From Platydemus manokwari (lineage: Eukaryota), in assembly GCA_037951405.1 (NCBI GenBank), contig JBBMOY011100329.1, positions 1 to 32,937 on the forward strand: a stretch of 32,937 nucleotides of DNA, given 5' to 3'. Position numbers and translations under genes: made by a program. Numbering within the stretch: position 1 is the stretch's first letter; each line of letters begins with the position of its first letter. Positions 1 to 8,353 of this stretch are shown here, one piece after another. The notes beneath the pieces were generated by a model. The model did no database searches. It was not told where the DNA came from and was given only the letters and a program-made list of their open reading frames with translations.

Positions 1-575
1 GGGTAATGCCATTACCCCAGTTGCTAATATAGCCATAAAGCGTTAAGTAAAAATGAAGTTACTATGCCGTAGCTCACTTCCGTATATCCGCTCATATTAT
101 AATAAGCAAACATATGGAAGTAGGGTCCTGAGACCCTAATAATCCCAATTGAAGGTATTCCTTACCTTCCCTATTAATACTGAAACCAATACCAATAGGG
201 AAAGCAAATGCGCGCCAGGAAAAGTTACGCGCACTCACCCACTCACCAGAGAAGTTTCCAAGCCGCGGAGCAGAGATCCTTCTTTATGGACACTCGTAAG
301 AATTCATAAAGAAGGAGGGAAGTGGCAGTCTTCCCAACCTTGTTATAAGGAGGATTTAGAACATATGGGCAACCAAAAAACCAATGACAAACTCGATGGT
401 CGACGAGCTTCTTTAAAAGCACTCAGTAAATGCGCTTAAAGAAACCAAGATAGTAATGTTACATAATATCTTGGACCTGTGTAAGCAATCACAGAAAGAT
501 TTGATATGAGCAATGCAATTCGAACAAGATGACTGACAAGCTAGAGGGTCATTTCGTTACATAATATATATTATC
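1..575. ncRNA. Putative large structured non-coding element (array of ~13 stem-loops); may extend upstream of the window
   Basis: Consecutive inverted repeats read by eye: 1-17, 76-121, 122-137, 151-169, 167-202, 209-233, 277-316, 317-335, 338-350, 409-443, 445-474, 477-494, 521-556. No convincing ORF. An RNA function is inferred, not shown. Confidence 0.4.
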
Positions 576-590
576 TCCATTAAATAATAA

Positions 591-610
591 ATAGATATTA
601 TTAGAGTGTA
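591..610 (+). promoter_or_regulatory. Candidate phage early promoter (AYATTAT-N5-TGTA motif)
   Basis: ATAGATATTATTAGAGTGTA; same spacing at 11201, 17497 and 26312, each intergenic and upstream of a gene run. Confidence 0.65.
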
Positions 611-639
611 TAACTAACATAAATTTAGAGGTCAGTATA

Positions 640-1251
640 ATGAACGTAATTACTCAGGATCAAATTGATAAGATTCGTAACACAATCACTGCCAACTTAA
701 GGGAAAAGTTTTCGTTGGATCAAGTCGTTGTATACGAAGTTCCTGAAGAATGGTTGTACAAAGGAAACACTTTCGAGTCCAAAGTCTATGCTTTGGAATT
801 TATCATCAACTGTAATACTCGCTATACTGTGTTCTTTGGAACTCGAAATGGTCAGATCAGATTGACCCGCGCTAAGGAAGGTATTGTCAAATATCTGGCC
901 GGTCAAGTTCGTCCACATGACTTCGGTCTGTTGGCGACAGGGGATTACTTCCGTCGTGATGACATGGTAGGTAAATTCCTGGAGTATGTGATCAATCAGA
1001 AAGTTAATTTCGATATTGAGAACTTACTCGGAAATCTGTACGAAAAAGCTCCACGTACTGCGGACTACACATATTCGTATTATGTCACTCGTCGGCATAA
1101 AGCGACTATGCTGTATGACTGCGAACTGGAAATTCTGGTTCGTGGTGAAAGGGCTAGTAAATTTGAGAAGTATGAAGGGATCATTGTAAATGGTCACTTA
1201 ACAACATTGAAACACGAAGGGACAGAAGTTCCTTTGAAATCTATTTTCTAA
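640..1251 (+). CDS. hypothetical protein (203 aa)
   Basis: ORF with GAGG RBS, directly after the promoter motif. Confidence 0.85.
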   Translation: MNVITQDQIDKIRNTITANLREKFSLDQVVVYEVPEEWLYKGNTFESKVYALEFIINCNTRYTVFFGTRNGQIRLTRAKEGIVKYLAGQVRPHDFGLLATGDYFRRDDMVGKFLEYVINQKVNFDIENLLGNLYEKAPRTADYTYSYYVTRRHKATMLYDCELEILVRGERASKFEKYEGIIVNGHLTTLKHEGTEVPLKSIF

Positions 1252-1303
1252 CGATAGATCAAATCGTATTGAATTCACCCTATAACAAAAGAGAGATTTT
1301 ATC

Positions 1304-1639
1304 ATGGCTAAGAAACCACGTGCGATCAAAGTAAAGGCTAACCCAAACAAACCAGCAAAACGTCCAATCGTCAACATTCAGTATTTCCGCGTTTATAACG
1401 AGGTACTGAAGTTTGAGGAAGTTCTGGACATTGATCTGGATATCATTGCAAGCGGGGTCATTGAAGTAATGACTGAAGCGGCATTGGATAACAAACTGGG
1501 TGATGAGCCGACTGAGGGACAGATCGAAACGTTGGTAGCACAGATTGTAGATAAATTGGTGAAGGAAAATCCACCGAATGATGGTCTATTCAATCTGTCT
1601 GGGAAATCAACTATTTGGGACTGTGCGTTACCTGCTTAA
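1304..1639 (+). CDS. hypothetical protein, basic Lys/Pro-rich N-terminus and acidic body
   Basis: ORF with GAGAG RBS; MAKKPRAIKVKANPNKPAKRP followed by a D/E-rich helical region. Confidence 0.85.
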   Translation: MAKKPRAIKVKANPNKPAKRPIVNIQYFRVYNEVLKFEEVLDIDLDIIASGVIEVMTEAALDNKLGDEPTEGQIETLVAQIVDKLVKENPPNDGLFNLSGKSTIWDCALPA

Positions 1640-1682
1640 CCAATTTAAACTCCTGGGCATTGCTTGGGGGTTTGGGGGACAA

Positions 1683-2075
1683 ATGAAAAAGTCAGTAAAA
1701 GAAGAATATCAAGAACTTCACCGCTATTTGGTTCAGTGCATTAAGAATGCTTCGTTTTCCTTTAACTGTAAACCTTATGAAGGGTTTAAGTTTGGTGAAC
1801 AATTAACATTCACCGTTCATCCATTAGAAACCAAGCGTTATGTTCTCACGGTCTATCATTCTGGGAGGGATGAGGATCATTATGAGACTTTGGTTATGGA
1901 AGAAGTCACTCAAGCCGGTATTGGGCGTAAAGAAGTGTTCAGACTTCATCCCCTAAGCAAGGGTGAAGAATTTGCTTTCACTATGCCTTTCTATTCACGT
2001 ACCTTACGGGGCAGCCCAGAAGGTTGTGCTTCAATCATTCTTCGTCTTGGAGGTATCAGTGATGGCAATTTCTAA
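1683..2075 (+). CDS. hypothetical protein
   Basis: Start moved to ATG 1683 (after GGGGGA), which avoids overlap with the upstream gene. Confidence 0.8.
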   Translation: MKKSVKEEYQELHRYLVQCIKNASFSFNCKPYEGFKFGEQLTFTVHPLETKRYVLTVYHSGRDEDHYETLVMEEVTQAGIGRKEVFRLHPLSKGEEFAFTMPFYSRTLRGSPEGCASIILRLGGISDGNF

Positions 2076-2487
2076 AGAAGCTATAGGACGCATCAGAGAC
2101 GCTGCTGAAGCTGTTTGTCGTATCAAGGTGAGTGTTATTACGGATACTAAGCTTGGAACGCCTAGTGGTCGTTCTGTGGCTCGTGCTATCAGTGAATTAA
2201 CTAACAAGATGCCTGAGTTTAAAACAATCCGTATTAACCGTGATGACGCATCTATTATTTTCTATGATTTGATTTGGGTAGTAAGGGGTGAGGATAATCA
2301 TTTCTCTCCTTCACTTATCTTTATCGATCCAGCCAATAAGTCGGATGGCGCTATCTTACGTATATGGGTTGACTCCCGTCATACAGCACACATCACCACT
2401 AACTCTGGGTTTAAAGGCGTTATTAATTTCGTTACACCAGGTGATCTGGTTGAATGGATTGTTGAGTATCTTGACGAGATTAATTAA
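2062..2487 (+). CDS. hypothetical protein
   Basis: Start moved to ATG 2062 after GGAGGT RBS. Confidence 0.8.
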   Translation: MAISKEAIGRIRDAAEAVCRIKVSVITDTKLGTPSGRSVARAISELTNKMPEFKTIRINRDDASIIFYDLIWVVRGEDNHFSPSLIFIDPANKSDGAILRIWVDSRHTAHITTNSGFKGVINFVTPGDLVEWIVEYLDEIN

Positions 2488-2594
2488 TTTCTTACCCTTG
2501 TTCTTATTAATTGTTTAGGGGTAGGGGTTTAAAATCCGGAAGGATAATTACTATAAATTAAGTATTACGAAGTAATCATCATACAGAGGTAGTT

Positions 2595-3224
2595 ATGAAC
2601 ATGTCTTTTATCATCCTTAGTGTTCTTGTAGTTCTTATTGGTCTTTGCATTAGCAAAGTCATTACCTATAAAGCTAAGATGAGAGAAACAGAAGTAATTA
2701 ATTCAATCAAGAAAAAGATTGAAGAGTTTATTATGGCTGGTGATAATCTGGGGTTATTGAAAGATACCACAGTGAATTATCAAGATGCGATTAAGGAAAT
2801 TGCTGAAAGAGAAGCTAAAGGACACAAAGTACGGTTGGGATTTATGGATCGTGGTTGTTTCATGGAAGTAATAATGACTTCTCCACATGTCGTTAGTTCT
2901 TTCTATTACGTTCCATTTTATATCCCTTCTTTGAAAGCAGAGAAAACACCTGATCCTAAATCTAATCATCGCAGTGACTTAAATGAACATGTTCGCCATG
3001 TTCACGAGTTTGTGGTTATGATGGCAGCGCATCGTCAATTGCTTAACAGTGCAAGCCTGACTCGTGCTGATCTGGATGGTATAGTTACTGAAGTCACAAA
3101 GATCTACGGTGATGTTGTAGATATCTGTGTGTTTAACTTCGGTGCAGCTCGTGGTAAAATCCGTATTACAGATCGAGATAACATCGATCATAAAGTAGAA
3201 CAACTTCTCCCTTGCTTAAACTAA
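2595..3224 (+). CDS. N-terminally membrane-anchored protein (paralog family member, possibly two domain copies)
   Basis: Hydrophobic N-terminus FIILSVLVVLIGLCI; GAGGT RBS; motif LTRADLDGIVTEVTKIYGDVVDI shared with neighbours. Confidence 0.85.
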   Translation: MNMSFIILSVLVVLIGLCISKVITYKAKMRETEVINSIKKKIEEFIMAGDNLGLLKDTTVNYQDAIKEIAEREAKGHKVRLGFMDRGCFMEVIMTSPHVVSSFYYVPFYIPSLKAEKTPDPKSNHRSDLNEHVRHVHEFVVMMAAHRQLLNSASLTRADLDGIVTEVTKIYGDVVDICVFNFGAARGKIRITDRDNIDHKVEQLLPCLN

Positions 3225-3234
3225 GGATCTAGTA

Positions 3235-3609
3235 ATGTCTATACTTGAAATGCTGTATGTGGGTGCGCTAGCAGCTATGATCGTTATCATCTTCAAGGTG
3301 ATACAAAATCGTCGTAATGCGCGTAAGCGTGGTGAAATGGCTAAAGAAGAAATCACCGCTGCGCGTAAGTATATCGTTGAGGACCTTAACCGTTGTATTC
3401 AACACGGTGAGGTGATTGGGACCTCAGAAATCAAAGCCATTATCAAGTCGGTTAAGAAGTACCATCCAGATGTTGAAATCGATTTTGATTTGACCATGGG
3501 GCAGTTTGAAATAGAGCTGGTCTGTTTTAAAGAGAAACGTACTATCAGTGGGTTCTCTTGTGTCCCAAAGTACGAACTGGAAAACAACCTGATTTATCGT
3601 ATTAATTAA
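3235..3609 (+). CDS. N-terminally membrane-anchored protein (paralog family member)
   Basis: TM segment MLYVGALAAMIVIIF then a basic stretch; AAGGA RBS. Confidence 0.85.
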   Translation: MSILEMLYVGALAAMIVIIFKVIQNRRNARKRGEMAKEEITAARKYIVEDLNRCIQHGEVIGTSEIKAIIKSVKKYHPDVEIDFDLTMGQFEIELVCFKEKRTISGFSCVPKYELENNLIYRIN

Positions 3610-3684
3610 TACTCTGAATTAAAACGCCATTGTCCATCTTGGGCAATATGGTATATAACCGCTTATAAAAAGGTAAATAAACAA

Positions 3685-4389
3685 ATGGCTATTATCGACA
3701 TCCGTGCAATTAAGACCGCTATCTATACTCGTTCCGCTTTGCGTAAACTCATCGACAATACTGATGTTATTAACGCCATCCTGGTAGACGGGTTTGGTGA
3801 GGGTGTTAAAAGCATCGATATCGTTCGTGAGGGTAGTATTCGTATTGGGCTGTTCAAAGGCGAAAACCAACTGGTGATTAAAGTTATTGATTATTCAGTT
3901 TCCCCTGCGGTCATCCAACTGGCTGTTAAAGCTGGCAGTCTAGCGAAGATTATCAACAAACGCGTTCTTAATGATCTGAATGTTTGGCACCACCGCGAAC
4001 ACCATAAAGATCTAGAGAAAGCTGATGAGCTTATTGATCAAGATATCTGCTCTATTAACATCCGTACCGATATCGATGGTATTGGCTGGAATGATCGTCT
4101 GTTCAACAATACCAAGGTCATAATGGTTGGAAGAAATACCAAACTACTGAACGATTTGGTTATTATTGAAGCTCAGGTTATTCGTAGCCTGTTTAACAAA
4201 GCAACGGTAACTGTCAGTGTCCAGCCGATGACCCGAACCACAGAGATGTTTACAACCCGTTCTGTGATGGAAAAGGTTCAAGCTGTTGCCCCTGGTATAA
4301 TCAAACAGTTCAGTTCTCATTATCGTCATGAGCCTGTAAACCTGTATACCCAGGACATCATTAACAATTATTTCAAGCAAATCAAATAA
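3685..4389 (+). CDS. hypothetical protein (234 aa)
   Basis: ORF with AAGGT RBS. Confidence 0.85.
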   Translation: MAIIDIRAIKTAIYTRSALRKLIDNTDVINAILVDGFGEGVKSIDIVREGSIRIGLFKGENQLVIKVIDYSVSPAVIQLAVKAGSLAKIINKRVLNDLNVWHHREHHKDLEKADELIDQDICSINIRTDIDGIGWNDRLFNNTKVIMVGRNTKLLNDLVIIEAQVIRSLFNKATVTVSVQPMTRTTEMFTTRSVMEKVQAVAPGIIKQFSSHYRHEPVNLYTQDIINNYFKQIK

Positions 4390-4394
4390 CAAAA

Positions 4395-4430
4395 TAGGGA
4401 ATGGGGTTCACGCCTCATTCCTTACTTTTG
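4395..4430 (+). terminator. probable intrinsic terminator
   Basis: Stem TAGGGAATGGGG / CCTCATTCCTTA (with G-U pairs) followed by CTTTTG. Confidence 0.6.
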
Positions 4431-4463
4431 TATAAGTTTGAATTTTGTGAATAGGAGGGTATC

Positions 4464-4850
4464 ATGTTTGATGCTAAAGTGGTAAGCTTAACTGTTTTGC
4501 TAATGTGTTTCGCATTACTGATAGTTGCTGTTTGGGTTGGGGGATTGCTACTTCGCGAAGCTGAGGGTATTAAAGATGCCGTCAATAAAGTGGGTGGGGC
4601 GTTTGATACAGTTACCCTGGAAATTGAAAGTAAGCTTAAGGCCAATAACGTAATAGCTTATGCTGACTTATTGATGATAGTGACTAAGGTAGGGAAGATG
4701 ATACCTGGCGTTGACATCAAGTTGGATACGGACTTCAAGTTAAAACGAGTCACCATACGTATTCAGAAGGATAACGTCAAAATGTCATACACTATTCTGG
4801 CCACTCTGGTGGAATATACTTATAAAACCCCAGTAGCTGTTCAGGAGTAA
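4464..4850 (+). CDS. N-terminally membrane-anchored protein (paralog family member)
   Basis: TM segment VVSLTVLLMCFALLIVAVWVGGLLL; AGGAGG RBS. Confidence 0.85.
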   Translation: MFDAKVVSLTVLLMCFALLIVAVWVGGLLLREAEGIKDAVNKVGGAFDTVTLEIESKLKANNVIAYADLLMIVTKVGKMIPGVDIKLDTDFKLKRVTIRIQKDNVKMSYTILATLVEYTYKTPVAVQE

Positions 4851-4852
4851 TT

Positions 4853-5197
4853 ATGCCATTATTTACGGCTTTTGTTTTAGGTATTGCATTGGTTATAATT
4901 TTCAATCAGCGTAAACATAACCAGGTTTATAAAGTTGATTGGATGAAGATAACCGAGGTTAAAGAAATAGTAGCGCTGCGATTGAAAGATCACTTTGTTT
5001 CTAACCCAGTTATCGAATTACCCGATCTTAAACAGATCTGCCAGATATACAGTCTCGAACATAATGTTTCTATCTTTGTTTCAAAGAAACGAGATCATTA
5101 TGATATTGTATTCAAACGTGGTAGAGCACGTGATAAGTTCAGTATTTCTAAATCAGTCGTACTGGAAGTCTATCGAAGACATGAGCTTTTAAATTAA
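4853..5197 (+). CDS. N-terminally membrane-anchored protein (paralog family member)
   Basis: TM segment LFTAFVLGIALVIIF; AGGAG RBS. Confidence 0.85.
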   Translation: MPLFTAFVLGIALVIIFNQRKHNQVYKVDWMKITEVKEIVALRLKDHFVSNPVIELPDLKQICQIYSLEHNVSIFVSKKRDHYDIVFKRGRARDKFSISKSVVLEVYRRHELLN

Positions 5198-5204
5198 TCC
5201 AACA

Positions 5205-5440
5205 GGGTGAGAATGTATTATATGTAGTCATGCATTCTCACCTTACTCATTTCTCCCCTTGGGGTAGGAGTGAGGGTACATGATTTTCTCTTCTTTTGTC
5301 TTACTTTAAGGGGATAGAGGGGCAGATTTCATTCTCTTCTTCTTCTCTTACCCTTTTAAGGGTAAATATAATATATTATATATTTATTATATTAGAGTAA
5401 GTATTACAAAAGAAAAGAAAGAAGATCAAAGAAAAGATTT
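5205..5440. other. Structured AT-rich intergenic element
   Basis: Hairpins 5205-5243, about 5246-5273 and 5348-5365; long-range imperfect IR 5285-5309/5392-5420; perfect AT-only palindrome 5366-5381. Confidence 0.45.
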
Positions 5441-5474
5441 ATTTGAAAATTTCCCAAAATTGAATTGAGGTCAT

Positions 5475-5963
5475 ATGTTATTCATCACTGACATATATGG
5501 GGAGTATCATACCAAGGAAGACAGAGATCGCATTGAAGAACTTATTCGTAAACGTAATAAGGAAATCAAATATGATTATATCTTATCTGAGGAGATAGGT
5601 TCCAATATCGCTTTAACAAAACGTGATATGGAACTTGGTATCAAAAATCGTATTTGGGGTATATCTTCAAGAACTTACAAGCTTGGAATAGAATTAGGAA
5701 TTCCTGTTATCGGAATTGACGATTGGGATGATAGGATTTATAAAGGGACAACGTTAGCACAACAATTTGCTGAACGTGAAAAGAGAATGGTGGAAGTGAT
5801 CTCCGAATACAGTTGGAAAGGTAACTGTGCTGTTATTGTCGGTGATACACATCTTCGTTCTATTGAAACAAAAGAATTGGGTAGGAAGTCACCCCTTCAT
5901 GATTCTTTCTCGAACCATCAAGGATTTACTATAATCCGCTCCCCACTTTCTGAAATTAAATAA
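5475..5963 (+). CDS. putative TraB/ChaN/EreA(TIKI)-superfamily protein
   Basis: Motif order GEYH ... ILSEE ... VIGID ... REKRM ... VIVGDTHL matches the superfamily's GExH / E / RxxxM / GxxH pattern. Confidence 0.55.
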   Translation: MLFITDIYGEYHTKEDRDRIEELIRKRNKEIKYDYILSEEIGSNIALTKRDMELGIKNRIWGISSRTYKLGIELGIPVIGIDDWDDRIYKGTTLAQQFAEREKRMVEVISEYSWKGNCAVIVGDTHLRSIETKELGRKSPLHDSFSNHQGFTIIRSPLSEIK

Positions 5964-5964
5964 A

Positions 5965-5996
5965 TTACTCAGTTATCCGAAAGGGTAGCTGAGTAA
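5965..5996 (+). terminator. 14-bp GAAA-capped hairpin (terminator or processing/stability signal)
   Basis: TTACTCAGTTATCC-GAAA-GGGTAGCTGAGTAA; no strong U-tract. Confidence 0.5.
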
Positions 5997-6069
5997 GAGT
6001 TATGTGAGTGTCAATATTTACTCAGTTTTGCATATGTAGAAGATCACTCAAACTAAATAAGAGGTTATT

Positions 6070-6603
6070 ATGCGTAAATTAGAATCAGCAGTAGATGTAA
6101 TCTTTGAACTTGTAATTAAGCAGATTGCTAAAGTAATTATAGATCGTTTAATGTTTGATGAAGTTCAACCATATGAGTTTCAAACAGCTATCGGTCCCAT
6201 GGTTTATTATCCTTATGTCGCTACGTATACTTCAGCACGTGTTACTTACAATGACATACTTATATATTCTACTGGGCGTCGTTATTTAGAAGCCGAAGGT
6301 GATATTAAAATCAGGCAAGAGTTAACACATGAACATACTGTTAAAACTATTCGTGCGGTTATCAAAGATATTCCTGCGTTATACGGTCCAGAAAAGGTAA
6401 GCATCGATCTTCAAGATCTGGTCAATCTCATTTCTTTGGTTAAAGCATTGGCACCTGGTGAAATTCCTGAGTACGTCAAAAGAATTGAGAAAGATATTAC
6501 CAAAGGGATAGAAACCAAAATGGATTACATCATAGGTGGTGAGAAAGACGCCATAGCTATGATTGGTAATATTAAACGGTTGGAAGCATTGTTAAACAAA
6601 TAA
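6070..6603 (+). CDS. hypothetical protein
   Basis: ORF with GAGGT RBS. Confidence 0.85.
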   Translation: MRKLESAVDVIFELVIKQIAKVIIDRLMFDEVQPYEFQTAIGPMVYYPYVATYTSARVTYNDILIYSTGRRYLEAEGDIKIRQELTHEHTVKTIRAVIKDIPALYGPEKVSIDLQDLVNLISLVKALAPGEIPEYVKRIEKDITKGIETKMDYIIGGEKDAIAMIGNIKRLEALLNK

Positions 6604-6618
6604 CCTGAGGCGTTCAAC

Positions 6619-7275
6619 ATGAATGTATTATCCTATTGTAGTATCTGTGATCAGTCTTTAAATCGTTTTGATATGGCTAACGATATGTTCAAGTGGTCTC
6701 AGGCTATGTCTCAAAGAAGTTTAAAGAAACGTAACTTCCGTCAACTGAAAAAGTTCCTTCAGAAAAAAGGTTGGGTTTATAAACGCAGATATCCATTCAA
6801 AGGTAAAGGTCGAACTACTGTTACATTACTGTCCATTGTTAGACAGAATTCAATAACTGAATTCAATAAAACCCATAAGCTGGGTAAGACCGTATGTTAT
6901 TTCCCTGCAAAAGCCAAACCGTTTAACGATAGGAAAGAGGTTTACGGAGATAAAGAAGTCTTTGGTGGGAAACTCGTTTCCTTAGTTCGCGAGCTTACTT
7001 CGCAAGAGAATCCAAAGAACGCTGAATTCCTTTTAGGTCAGAGACGCGCTTTTGCCCGTGTTACGACAGAGGAGATCATTAAATCACTTATCGAAGAACG
7101 TGCTGGTGTTAAATTGAAATTCAGTTCTGATTGCGAAGCACTTAGTCCTGAAGTACATTCAGCCATGTTAACAATAGTCCAAACATGGATCGAAAGTTCA
7201 GATGAAGTTCAATCTTTATTAAGTTCGCTTGATAAAGAGTTTGGACTTAAACTAGATTTGGAGAAGAAAGAATGA
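6619..7275 (+). CDS. hypothetical protein, basic N-terminal half
   Basis: ORF with GAGG RBS. Confidence 0.85.
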   Translation: MNVLSYCSICDQSLNRFDMANDMFKWSQAMSQRSLKKRNFRQLKKFLQKKGWVYKRRYPFKGKGRTTVTLLSIVRQNSITEFNKTHKLGKTVCYFPAKAKPFNDRKEVYGDKEVFGGKLVSLVRELTSQENPKNAEFLLGQRRAFARVTTEEIIKSLIEERAGVKLKFSSDCEALSPEVHSAMLTIVQTWIESSDEVQSLLSSLDKEFGLKLDLEKKE

Positions 7276-8339
7276 AACTCGGTGAAATATTAAAATCCCA
7301 ATATGGATTTGATAAGCAGGAAACTGTCGATCGTTTCTTAGACATTTATGAGTACAGTCCAGTTATCTTTGATCATATTCTTAATGATCAATATCGCTAT
7401 TTGCTAACTTGCCATATCAAGGATATTAGTGAATTCTTAGAACTTCCATTTGAAACAGTCGCCCAATGGACGAAGGAAGAGATTGGGAATGAATTATATC
7501 ATTTAGCTCCTATGGGAAGGCCGTATGTTATTGCTCCCATGCCAATGGCAAAAATTGATGTTGAAGGATTATTGCATAGCGTGGAAATTAAAACGAAAGA
7601 ACGGCAAGGTGGAATCCCAACTGAATTAGTTAAAGAAGCCACAGAAGAACAGAAGCAAGCTCTTTGCGATGCTTGTGAGAAAAGGTTCAAGGAAGGACTT
7701 AGTATTCCTCTGGCAGGTAAGGTAGAAGTTAAAGATATTAGCGGGTTTGGTGAACTTCGTCCTCTTTCAGAAGCTTTGAGTGACTGGAATCCTGATTTCT
7801 TAGGCAATGCAGTAGACGACGTAGAACGGATACGTATGACGGTCATGACCGAAGCATTAGATGTTAACCTGGAAGGAATCTATCAGATTTCAGATCCAGG
7901 CATTCCTCAATATAAAGACGATAACGTATCCAAAATAGAATCTCAGTGTTGTTATGAGATTATCGATCCGATCTACAGCTATCTTCGTGACCATCCGATA
8001 AGTCAAGGTATCGTAGGTATTAAGGTTCCTCAATTGGGTACTGTTCAGGAGAATGAATTTTATTCAAGCCTGATCCAGCTTAACAATTTAGTAGGATGTG
8101 ATATTCAGTCTGTTATCGTACCGGATTCTAGAACGTTACCTGATCACGATGCTTCTTTAGAGCGTCGAGTTGGTCGTGACCGTTTAGACGGTATCCGTTA
8201 TAACCGTGTTTATTTTGCACTGTACAACAGAGAACAATGCGAGAAAGTTAAACTTGCTCACGACATTTTCTTTGATGTGACTGAAGAACAATTGACTGGG
8301 CGTTATGTAGTTTCTGGGATTGATACTCGTTCTAACTAA
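7272..8339 (+). CDS. hypothetical protein (355 aa)
   Basis: ORF with ATGA overlap to the upstream gene and GGAG RBS. Confidence 0.85.
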   Translation: MKLGEILKSQYGFDKQETVDRFLDIYEYSPVIFDHILNDQYRYLLTCHIKDISEFLELPFETVAQWTKEEIGNELYHLAPMGRPYVIAPMPMAKIDVEGLLHSVEIKTKERQGGIPTELVKEATEEQKQALCDACEKRFKEGLSIPLAGKVEVKDISGFGELRPLSEALSDWNPDFLGNAVDDVERIRMTVMTEALDVNLEGIYQISDPGIPQYKDDNVSKIESQCCYEIIDPIYSYLRDHPISQGIVGIKVPQLGTVQENEFYSSLIQLNNLVGCDIQSVIVPDSRTLPDHDASLERRVGRDRLDGIRYNRVYFALYNREQCEKVKLAHDIFFDVTEEQLTGRYVVSGIDTRSN

Positions 8340-8353
8340 AGGTAGAGTAACAA

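Noticed and set aside
149-439. 96-aa + strand ORF
   Set aside because: TTG start with no RBS, atypical composition, and it lies entirely within the hairpin array
1-575. CRISPR array or tRNA cluster
   Set aside because: No repeated unit of constant sequence or spacing; no cloverleaf with a T-loop GTTCRA and acceptor stem found by eye
1578-2061. Upstream starts at 1578 and 1963 given by the ORF track
   Set aside because: Long overlaps with upstream genes; RBS-supported ATGs exist at 1683 and 2062
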